DNA of 64,000 nt from an uncultured Nitrososphaerota archaeon (GTDB lineage Archaea > Thermoproteota > Nitrososphaeria > Nitrososphaerales > CADDZS01): the NCBI GenBank assembly GCA_963799845.1, contig CAWCYI010000004.1, positions 160,001 through 224,000 on the forward strand, given 5' to 3'. Below, one piece after another: positions 9,359 to 18,444 of the stretch. A model generated the notes under the pieces. It saw only the letters and a list, made by a program, of their open reading frames with translations. It did not search any database and had not been told where the DNA came from. The translations under genes were made by a program, and so were the position numbers. The stretch's first letter is position 1; every line of letters begins with the position of its first letter.

Positions 9359-11276
9359 TAGAATTATTCTCGACTCTTTGTTTGATTTTGAAGATAATCT
9401 CCAAAACGTATTGTTTCTAACTTTTACATTTGATATTCCCTTTTTCGAAACAAAAGTGCTTCCAAAGCTCGTTGAACGAGGGAAACCGAAGATCTCGGTA
9501 ATTATGGACTATGTTCAGCACACCAAATTGATTCAACAGTCGGTCCGAACGACTCCCATCTACAATATTGACCGGTGCGCAGGTCCTAATATTCTCCACG
9601 CGAAGATATTCATTCTAGGTGGAGCGGAAAAGCTTCGCGTAGTGGTCGGATCTTGCAATCTCACAAAGAATGGATTTGAGAGAAATGCCGAACTTTTCAA
9701 AACCATTGATATAGACAAGGATTCATCCGATTCTAGCTTTGCTGACTCTGTCTCGCAATTTTTGTTTGAAGTGGTGCGAAATAGAATCGGACGGATATCC
9801 AAGAGGAATATTGACGAAATCTTGATGAAACTTTCTTCGCAAAAGACCCAAGAGAATACCTCTCCAATTTTCATTATGAATTCCTATCATACGTCAGTCA
9901 TGGATCAGATTATCAAGAGAGTGGAAAAAAAGGATGTCCGATATATTCAGGTTCTGAGTCCATTCTTTGAATCAGAGGAATATGATGAAGGAATTTTCTC
10001 TTATTTCCTATCTCCAGTTTCTGTTTTCCCGAATCTGAAGTTTTTGGATGTCTTCTTTCAGAATAAGGAGCTCCAGCATAATCTTCCGGTCAAGAAGTTA
10101 GAGTCATTTCGCAGCAAAATTAGATTGTTTGATTTAGATTTTGATCGACCATTGCACGGTAAGGCTTTTGCCATATACACGTCTAGTCACGCTTTCATTT
10201 CCTACGGATCTGCAAATTTCACTACAGCGGCGTTGTATAGAAACTTGAAGGAGATGGGTAACATCGAGACAGTGATAACGTTGAAGTTACCCCTAATTAG
10301 AGGTAGAAATACCTTCGAAAAATCCATTCTCATGCTGAAGGAGAGAGTACAAATATCTCTCGAAGATGTCGAGCAACCCTTCGAATCCCAGCCCTTATCA
10401 TCCCTCGATGGAGGACAACTGATCAATGAAGCAGTATTGAGCACAGAGACGCAAAAATTAGAAATCTACATGAGTGACTTTTTCTATAATCTACCTGAAC
10501 CTTTACTAACTATTCGAATAGGTTCACAGATCATCCAGGAATTTCAATCATTAGGCAATATGGTAGTCGTAAATGATGCAGGCAGATACTTGAAGGACGT
10601 TGATGAGAAATACCATTGCGCTACGGTTGAGGTTCAGGTTGTGAGCCAAAAGGGCACTTTCCGTGATGTAGTGATGATCCAATTCTTGAATCCAGAGGAA
10701 TTTGAGTCAGATGGAACAAAGGTGACCAATGAATTTGTAACATTTCAGGAATATCTGCGCTCTCTAGACAGCATGATTCTCGGAAAACATTCAGGAAAAA
10801 TACGAGAAAAAAGCAATGATTCAAGCTCTTCATTAACGGAGAATGAAGGCTATGAGTCGGAGCTAGACGGATTCTTCAGAGATTTCTACACAGGCTACAA
10901 ATCTCTCAACTCCATTTTTGAAACATCTTACTATTCTGTTGATTGGGCGACACGAATAATGGAAATCTTCAATCTGATGAATGAGGATCTCAATCTTACG
11001 TTCCCTAAGAAATACTACTGCACCACTCAGTTATTGTCCCTTTTGATCAAGCATCTCAATGAAGAATTATCAGAGGGTTCGAAGTTGGCTAGCATCTTGG
11101 GACAGCGTTTGAGCGAACTTGATTTTTGGAATCCAATAATGATAGCGATTCAAGCTCTGAAACAATCCACTGAAACTGCTCCCGATAAAACTACAACTAA
11201 TATTTTGTCAGATCTCGAACGTAAAATCTCTGATTTGCATAGAAAATTTGATGGAGAGGCCTCAATCCTTGACTAG
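9348..11276 (+). CDS. Phospholipase D-family nuclease with two HxK motifs
   Basis: LHAKIFI...VGSCNLT and LHGKAFA...YGSANFT. Confidence 0.85.
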   Translation: MQSSRIILDSLFDFEDNLQNVLFLTFTFDIPFFETKVLPKLVERGKPKISVIMDYVQHTKLIQQSVRTTPIYNIDRCAGPNILHAKIFILGGAEKLRVVVGSCNLTKNGFERNAELFKTIDIDKDSSDSSFADSVSQFLFEVVRNRIGRISKRNIDEILMKLSSQKTQENTSPIFIMNSYHTSVMDQIIKRVEKKDVRYIQVLSPFFESEEYDEGIFSYFLSPVSVFPNLKFLDVFFQNKELQHNLPVKKLESFRSKIRLFDLDFDRPLHGKAFAIYTSSHAFISYGSANFTTAALYRNLKEMGNIETVITLKLPLIRGRNTFEKSILMLKERVQISLEDVEQPFESQPLSSLDGGQLINEAVLSTETQKLEIYMSDFFYNLPEPLLTIRIGSQIIQEFQSLGNMVVVNDAGRYLKDVDEKYHCATVEVQVVSQKGTFRDVVMIQFLNPEEFESDGTKVTNEFVTFQEYLRSLDSMILGKHSGKIREKSNDSSSSLTENEGYESELDGFFRDFYTGYKSLNSIFETSYYSVDWATRIMEIFNLMNEDLNLTFPKKYYCTTQLLSLLIKHLNEELSEGSKLASILGQRLSELDFWNPIMIAIQALKQSTETAPDKTTTNILSDLERKISDLHRKFDGEASILD

Positions 11277-13506
11277 AGACGACAATCTTCTGTCTCTTCT
11301 GAAACTCAATAGAGAGTACAAATATCAAAGAGAAACTGTGCAGGTTGTCCTTCACCGCTTCCAGAACGGATCTAAAGGAATCATCCTAGGTGACGAAGTT
11401 GGGTTGGGCAAGACCTACGAAGCTCTCTTCATAGCCTTCTTACATTTACTTTATTCTAGAAAGACTCGCAGTCCGAAGATACTAATCATTGTCCCTCCGA
11501 ATTTGAGAACGGAAAAATGGGAGAAAGAATTGATCGGAACGGGATTTGCCCGATGTATAAAGAAAACAAATGATAAGGAGATTATCAAGTTAAGCAAGAG
11601 ATTTCGAGATTCCGTCTTCGTATTGAAAAATAAGTACGAACTTTACGATGATGGATTCTCTGAAGCCTTAGATTCAGGAATCATGATATTATCTCCTTCA
11701 TTATTTTCGCCCAGAGATGATTGGACCAATGAAGACAAGCGTTTGTATAATCGCAGGTTAAATCGAATAAAACAAAACGAATGGGACATTATCATTGTCG
11801 ACGAGGCTCATAGATACTGTCGAGGGGGTGTGCATAGTGATTATGTCCTTGATGTGCTGGACCGTAGATCAAGCAAATGCAAGACAATTCTTTGCACAGC
11901 GACACCCTTTCAGCTTGAGACAAAAGAACTGCTCGAGCTATTACGGTTTATTGAGTACGATGAGGAAAAAATCGAACAAATCGGGAATTACATTGAAAAG
12001 TACAATGAACGATTTGAGGACTTGCGAAAAAATGGATTCAATGAGAAAGAGTTTCTCCAAATGCTCAAGACGAAGCAAGTCCTAGAAAAGATTCTAAGGT
12101 CGTATATCTTGAGAAATGTGAAGGATAAGAGATTCCGAATTTCTAGAGTCGATAACATTTCGGATCATTCTTCTCAATTTGACATATTCTATCTACAATT
12201 TAGAAATTTAATAGCGGATTACATGAGGAAAGGTGGAAGAACTTTTATCCCAACAATGCTACAGCTTGCGACATCCTCTTATGATGCTTTAAAGAACAGC
12301 GATAATTTCCATACAATGAAGGATTCTGTTCAGGAGGCTCTCTCTCTTGGTTACGTTGAACAAACACTTGAAACACACTCTAGTCATCCTAAGGAGAAGA
12401 GACTTTTCGAGATAATCGAGAACGAATTCAAGAGTGGGGATCCTCTTCAAAAATGGGTGATTTTTGTTAACCACCTTGATTCTGTGACGGAAATCCTCCG
12501 AAAGCTTGGAGAAGGAAGTGAAGATGAAAATCTGAACGCGATTCTTAAACTAAAGCTTGAGGAAAGGATTAACGGAATGTTAGCGAAATATGGAATCTCA
12601 CTAACTACATATCTGAGGGAATACTACTACAAAGTATTTGGCGAGAACAACGAATTCATTTACGAGAGACTGCGGCGAATATGTAGTGACGATGATATCT
12701 GGAAAGTGGAATTTCACCGATATTATGAGTCCGCGGAAGAAAAGAAAGCGCTTCCAAAGAAGCGAAAGCTAATCGATGCTTTCGTGGATGCTGCTAGAAT
12801 GAAGTTTGAAGAATCGACACTGAAGTTTGACATAATTGACCAGGTCACCAAGCAGTGTGGTACGCGTGATCAGTTGCAAGAGATCAGTAGCCGCATCGTG
12901 CAGAAGATGCTTGAATCCATCGTGCTTTCTAAAGTTCAAGAGACACTAAGCACAGTAGAAGAAGCTGATGGGTACACAAAGAGAAGAATGCGTAGGAACC
13001 TGGAAATCATGATTAGTGCCTTATATCGCAAGAACATAGTGGCGAAGCTCACCGGGGAAACTAGCAACAAAGGAGGAATAAAAGATAGCTTCAACGAACC
13101 GTACAACCCAATAATCTTACTTGTTTCGAGGGTCGGGGAAGAGGGTATTGACCTCCAAAGATACTGCAACAATGTTATCCATTACGACTTGGAGTGGAAT
13201 CCCGCTCGTATCGAACAGAGAGAAGGCCGTGTGGATCGTAAAGGTCGAATCGATCCTAATCACAAGATTGACATTCACACTTTGGTTCTTTCCGGGACAT
13301 ATGATGAAAGGATTTACCGTAAGTTCTTAGAGCGTAGGGAGATCTTTGAATTATATCTTTGCTCGGAATTCACTTCGGCGTTCGGCTTACTTGACAGCAC
13401 GGTGCCGGAAATCGATGCTGACGATAAACGCGTCATAGATCCTATTCCGGTGATTCCTATTCACAAGGCGAATATGTTGCATTTGAACTTGCGTCCACAA
13501 AACTGA
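11248..13506 (+). CDS. SNF2-like SF2 helicase
   Basis: GDEVGLGKT, VDEAH, TATPF, GEEGIDLQ and WNPARIEQREGRVDR. Confidence 0.92.
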   Translation: MMERPQSLTRDDNLLSLLKLNREYKYQRETVQVVLHRFQNGSKGIILGDEVGLGKTYEALFIAFLHLLYSRKTRSPKILIIVPPNLRTEKWEKELIGTGFARCIKKTNDKEIIKLSKRFRDSVFVLKNKYELYDDGFSEALDSGIMILSPSLFSPRDDWTNEDKRLYNRRLNRIKQNEWDIIIVDEAHRYCRGGVHSDYVLDVLDRRSSKCKTILCTATPFQLETKELLELLRFIEYDEEKIEQIGNYIEKYNERFEDLRKNGFNEKEFLQMLKTKQVLEKILRSYILRNVKDKRFRISRVDNISDHSSQFDIFYLQFRNLIADYMRKGGRTFIPTMLQLATSSYDALKNSDNFHTMKDSVQEALSLGYVEQTLETHSSHPKEKRLFEIIENEFKSGDPLQKWVIFVNHLDSVTEILRKLGEGSEDENLNAILKLKLEERINGMLAKYGISLTTYLREYYYKVFGENNEFIYERLRRICSDDDIWKVEFHRYYESAEEKKALPKKRKLIDAFVDAARMKFEESTLKFDIIDQVTKQCGTRDQLQEISSRIVQKMLESIVLSKVQETLSTVEEADGYTKRRMRRNLEIMISALYRKNIVAKLTGETSNKGGIKDSFNEPYNPIILLVSRVGEEGIDLQRYCNNVIHYDLEWNPARIEQREGRVDRKGRIDPNHKIDIHTLVLSGTYDERIYRKFLERREIFELYLCSEFTSAFGLLDSTVPEIDADDKRVIDPIPVIPIHKANMLHLNLRPQN

Positions 13507-13575
13507 CACCCTCAGGGAATCCTCTACTAATTACATTTTCAATCACTAAAAGATAGATGAATCAAAACATCTTTT

Positions 13576-14943
13576 CTAGTAAAAGCTCTGCCCTAAGTTC
13601 ATACCCTTTTCGGGCAAAAGTATACTAGGCGCAAAATCCTTGAACATTTGAGGATTTTCTGTATGAATTGGGATTGTTCGCTTTGCTAGTACTTTTTGAA
13701 CGAGAGACCTAATTTCTTCCCCCTTTGCATGTCCTGATGCGTGAATCTGATTGTAGCTAAATCCAAAATGTTCAACCCAATTCCTGATTATCCCTTCTTC
13801 TTCCTCTCCTTCTTCGTTGAACGCTTCTGAGGAGGAATGGATGTAAGCTCCGCCGATTTCGGGCTTGATATCAATCATTTCTGGAAGATGCCAAACATCG
13901 AGATGAAGGAAAATGTTTCTTTGATCCTTAGTTATTTCTTCACAAGTGAAACCATGATCCATTAGTTCTCGTTCCCAAACGAAATAGTCCTTGTCATCAT
14001 AGGTTCCAGTCTTCTTTCTCCGCAAGTATACGAAAACGTCTTTGCCCAGTTTTGGAACGATGAGATTCTTGTCCTTTTCAAGTGATTTCAGTAAAACGGC
14101 AGACTTCATTGATACGACCAATGTTCGGCCTGCCTTCTTGCACGCGGCGTGGAAGGTATTGATTCGATCAATATCGTTTCCCCTGAACGTTGAAAATACA
14201 AGTTTCTTCTTGTTTGCTTCCAAGAGATTCGTTGTCTTTTGAAATACCTGTTTCTCAGTTAGTTGCTCTTTACTATCATCTTTAGGTGAGACCCTTGTTC
14301 CTTCAGTGATCAAGCACATCGGTTTGGATTTCGTAGCCTCTTCCACAAACTCATGAGTCATGCTTCCTTTTTGTCCGTGAAACCTCAAGTCGCCTGTATA
14401 AACAATCGGTCCAGCTGAAGTGTAAATTAAGAATCCATAAGCTCCTGGAATGGAGTGGTCCACATGGATTGGAATGATTTCAACGCCGTGGATCTTTTTC
14501 TTGTCGCCAGTCCTAAATGTAATCAGTTTGTGGTCATCGAGGGGAGAGCCTCCGGATGAGCTGTACGCTTCTTGAAAGAGCGCTGTAGTTTCGCCGCAAT
14601 AAACCGGAATCTCTGGATCGACGAAACTAATTCTTCCCATGTGATCCCAGTGATAGTGGCTAAGGACTATTGCATCAATCTCCGGTTTGGAATACTTGAG
14701 ATTAGTAGTCTCCAGTTCATCTTCAGAATATAGTCCTTTGATTTTTGGCATCAAGTCAAATTCAAAATAGTCCCCGAGACCGTTGACTCCTCTCGGATCA
14801 ATTCCTGCTGAAAAGTAGCTCGCGCCATCAGAAAATCCGGTCCCGAAATCAAACAATATCTTTGCGTCTTTATCTTCTAAGAGAATCTTGTTTCCTCCGA
14901 TCTCATTTACTCCGCCAAAGAACGTTAGTCGTGGACCCAGCAA
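13576..14943 (-). CDS. MBL-fold beta-CASP hydrolase (RNase J-like)
   Basis: GGVNEIGGN, SHYHWDH, VDHSIPGA, YTGDLRFHG and IHASGH. Confidence 0.85.
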   Translation of the reverse strand: MLGPRLTFFGGVNEIGGNKILLEDKDAKILFDFGTGFSDGASYFSAGIDPRGVNGLGDYFEFDLMPKIKGLYSEDELETTNLKYSKPEIDAIVLSHYHWDHMGRISFVDPEIPVYCGETTALFQEAYSSSGGSPLDDHKLITFRTGDKKKIHGVEIIPIHVDHSIPGAYGFLIYTSAGPIVYTGDLRFHGQKGSMTHEFVEEATKSKPMCLITEGTRVSPKDDSKEQLTEKQVFQKTTNLLEANKKKLVFSTFRGNDIDRINTFHAACKKAGRTLVVSMKSAVLLKSLEKDKNLIVPKLGKDVFVYLRRKKTGTYDDKDYFVWERELMDHGFTCEEITKDQRNIFLHLDVWHLPEMIDIKPEIGGAYIHSSSEAFNEEGEEEEGIIRNWVEHFGFSYNQIHASGHAKGEEIRSLVQKVLAKRTIPIHTENPQMFKDFAPSILLPEKGMNLGQSFY

Positions 14944-15284
14944 ACCTTGTCGGAGGAAGGCCAGAAGTTAGCGTATTAAAACGCGTGAACCCCGAATTCA
15001 TATGTCGACCATCAACACTTGCTTACTTTCTCATGATTTATCGCTTCAAACATCAGTTAGTCGCTTCCGCGATTTTCACTTTATTTTTCTTCAGTAGACT
15101 CGCCATCTTTCGCAGAAGGGGGCAACCAAATAGCCATCTATTAATCCTATGGACAGTACGTCCTCTCTCTACGATTGGTCTCTTTTCCTAGAATAATTCG
15201 TAGATCGCATCCAGACTGCATTCCATCCTTTTATGCAAGAACCATGCAACCCCGAGCGGGGACCATTCAATTCCCGTGATGCAG

Positions 15285-15390
15285 TGTCATGGTTGTTTGC
15301 CTAACTGTAAGTTCTCTTGACATTTTGGCCGCAGATCTTTATCATGCTTAGTACCCATCCCGCAATGTCTTTATCGATCACGACCGACCA
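15285..15390 (-). pseudogene. Degraded paralog of the PIN-like gene at 43942-44241
   Basis: Reverse strand reads VVIDKDIAGW, then after a frameshift TKHDKDLRPKCQENLQLGKQ; compare VVIDKDILGWGSEQENELRSTYQDILQVGKH. Confidence 0.7.
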
Positions 15391-15493
15391 GTCATATTCG
15401 TTCGCCGTATCAGAAACCATTGTGAATAATAAAGTGAATCCTAGGCTTCAATTGTTTTGAGGCTTATACGCAAAATTAGAAAGTTCGAATAAG

Positions 15494-16387
15494 ATGACAG
15501 AACTGGAACGTGATCATTTGTCAGTTGCTTCCTTGTTTGACAAGATGGCGGATGAATACGACACGATTGTCGACCCCTGGTTCGATCATTTGTATGACAG
15601 ATTGAACGAGATTATTGACAAGGTTTTGGACAAACACTCTAAAAGAGATAATATGATTGCACTGGATGTCGGGAGCGGAACGGGATTCCAGTCCTTTATG
15701 TTTGCAAAGCGAGGTTATGAGACTATAGGTTTCGACATATCAAAGGGCTTGACAACTGTTGCAATTTCAAAGTCAGAAGATAATGTGGTATTGAGAAATA
15801 AATTGTCATTCTGTTTGGCTTCTGCTACTCAGATTCCCTTCAAATCCCAAAAATTCGATCTCGTCAATTGTTGTGGAAGCGTTCTAAGTTTAATCACAAA
15901 CTACGAAGTGGCACTAAGGGAAATGTGCCGAGTCCTCAAACCTGGAGGAATCATTATCCTTGAAGTTGAGCAAAAGTGGAACTTTGATGCTTTCTGGATG
16001 CTGTTAAGCAGTGTTTCTGGCGATCTTCTCGGATACGAAGGTTCATCAAGTGAATCTTTAGAGATTTTCAGAAATCCCAGGAATCAGGGCCTGGTTATCA
16101 AATGGCCCTTCACATTTCTTGATGGCTCAAAGGAAGAAATGCGACTCAGATTATTCACATACGAAGAGATTGCCGCTTCACTTTCGAATCTTGGTATTAG
16201 GGTCTGTCAGGTATTCGGCGTCCACATCTTCACTAATCTGGTTCCTTCGACAATACTTTCCGATCCAGGATCTCAAAAATGGATCAAAGTAATGAAGGGT
16301 TTAGCAAGAATAGATAGAGTGGTAGAGGGTTCAGTTCCATTTAATCACTTCGGAGCCAGTCTTGTGATTATTGGTACGAAAACATAG
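15494..16387 (+). CDS. Class I SAM-dependent methyltransferase (UbiE-like)
   Basis: LDVGSGTG, GFDIS, IPFKSQKFDLV and RVLKPGG. Confidence 0.9.
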   Translation: MTELERDHLSVASLFDKMADEYDTIVDPWFDHLYDRLNEIIDKVLDKHSKRDNMIALDVGSGTGFQSFMFAKRGYETIGFDISKGLTTVAISKSEDNVVLRNKLSFCLASATQIPFKSQKFDLVNCCGSVLSLITNYEVALREMCRVLKPGGIIILEVEQKWNFDAFWMLLSSVSGDLLGYEGSSSESLEIFRNPRNQGLVIKWPFTFLDGSKEEMRLRLFTYEEIAASLSNLGIRVCQVFGVHIFTNLVPSTILSDPGSQKWIKVMKGLARIDRVVEGSVPFNHFGASLVIIGTKT

Positions 16388-16449
16388 TAAAATAGGATTA
16401 TTGGAGCGAAAGCGAAATAAGTTTTCGATTTGTGAGATTAGATTGAGCT

Positions 16450-18376
16450 TTGTCGATAGTCGATTCTCCTGATGAAAGCGAGTCTTCAGTCGAGAAGGCT
16501 CTAGGCTGGGTCAAATCTCAACACAAACCTGGCCAATGGTTTGATACTAGAGCTGATCCTCTGGCAATATTAGCACTCCTAACTTGTAGAGAACATCCCG
16601 AATCCCCTATCATCAGAGAAGGAAAAGACAGACTTGATTGCACGTCAGGAGGATGATGGGAGTTGGTCCGAAGAAGCTTGGGACACAACATATGCCATGC
16701 GGGCTCTTGTATCTTGGGGGGTAGAAACATCATCGACTTGCCTCAAGAAGGCGACAGAATGGCTACTAAATCTCCAGGACAGACGTACAGGTAGCTGGCA
16801 CGGTGAAGTGTGGGAAACAAGACTTTGCGCTTCTCTCATTGAAAGAGATGGGTTACCCCGATGACTTTCCTCCTGTTTCTAAGGCGATAGATTGGTTAGA
16901 GGCTGCGCAATTTGATGATGGATCCTGGTTGCATGCCCCTCACACCACTTCTGTCGCTTTGTTAGCTCTTTCAAACCTAGCGAGCCAAACTAGAGAGTCA
17001 GTCGAAAAAGCTGCTAGCTGGCTCACATTTTATGGAAAAGAAGAGATATGGTCACAGGAATGTTATGCAAATGCATATGCTCCGCTCGCGCTAAACAGTG
17101 TAGGGATATCATCGGACTCGCAAGCAATCAAAAATGGGATATCATGGCTCCTTGCCAACCAGCAAGACTGTGGAAACGGTATGGGATTTTGGGCTGATGA
17201 GGAAGACACGTGCCTTGCCATCATGGCACTAGTCTCTACTTTGCAACTTAGATTCAAGGAAAAAAAAGTCATAATTCAACCAGTCACAAGCAAGTGCTCG
17301 ATCTCGATCGCCCCGAACCTTTTGGATTGGCAGGTATCTACTCCATCCCAGAGTAGACTTGAGGCAAAACAACGAGTAGATGAGGTATATTTTGGAAGAG
17401 TAACAGAAGCAATTGACAAACTTGGAGGTCTTGCAAGTCGGTCACTATCGAAATCAGATCCAAATCAGCTCACAAATCATTCAAGGAGAGCTATCGGAAT
17501 TGGTAAAAATTGGTCGATTAATTTGGAATCTTTTCATTCCAAAAGAGTTCAAAATTGCATTGCAGAGTGAGAGAACAGATCATCTTCTTCTAGAGCTGAG
17601 TGAGAATTCGATTCTTCCATCGATTCCTTGGGAAATAGCTTACGATGACAAAACACAGAGTTTCCTCTCGCTAAAGTATGCAATAGGAAGAGCGATTCTA
17701 AGGCACACACTTGGACCTCCAAGGTCAAGTCTCAAAATCAGATCTAGGCCGAGGATCCTTTTCTTATCCAATCCCACAAACGATTTGCCTGGAACAGATA
17801 TTGAAGTTCGGCAAATAATGTCGACATTACGAAATCGAGATGTTGCAGATTGTGTATTGCTCAAGAACACAGAATCAGGTTTAACTAAAGAAAGCTTCAT
17901 CCATGAGCTGGTTCATGGTGATTACGACATCGTGCATTATGCAGGGCATGCGGTTGTAGACCAAGCTGATCCATCATCTCACTACCTTCCATTTGTGGAA
18001 CGAGGAGGACAAATGACAAAACTTTATGCATTCGAAATATCGAATTTCTCAAGCTCTAAAGTACCAAGCGTAGTCTTTCTCAACGCATGTTCTTCAGCTA
18101 GACAAGACGACGTTGGATTGTCCGAAGATGCTAACAATCTGGCCTCGGCTTTCATCTCAGCTGGAATCCCATTGTTTATCGGACCTTTGTGGAGGGTTAA
18201 TGATGATGATGCCGCGTTTCTCGCAAGCAATTTTTACTTGAACGCGATTCTGGGCTTTACAATAGGAGAATCACTGAGAATTGCTCGTGATGAAGTAAAA
18301 AGAAGATACTTCAGGTGATTCTGTTTCATGGGCTTCTTTTGTCTTGTATGGGGACCCATCAACTAAACTATTTTGA
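16450..18376 (+). CDS. Prenyltransferase/squalene-cyclase QW-repeat barrel fused to a CHAT (caspase-like) peptidase; about four frameshifts (error or pseudogene)
   Basis: Repeats ARQEDDGSW, NLQDRRTGSW, AAQFDDGSW and ANQQDCG..FW; CHAT motifs IPWE, HYAGH and LNACSS; terminal WASFVLYGDP in another frame after 18318. Confidence 0.75.
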
Positions 18377-18444
18377 TTAAAGAGCCTGAACCTGATCGCT
18401 CCTTGAAATGGGATTATGATCTGAGAGCGCCCTAGGACTCCAAC

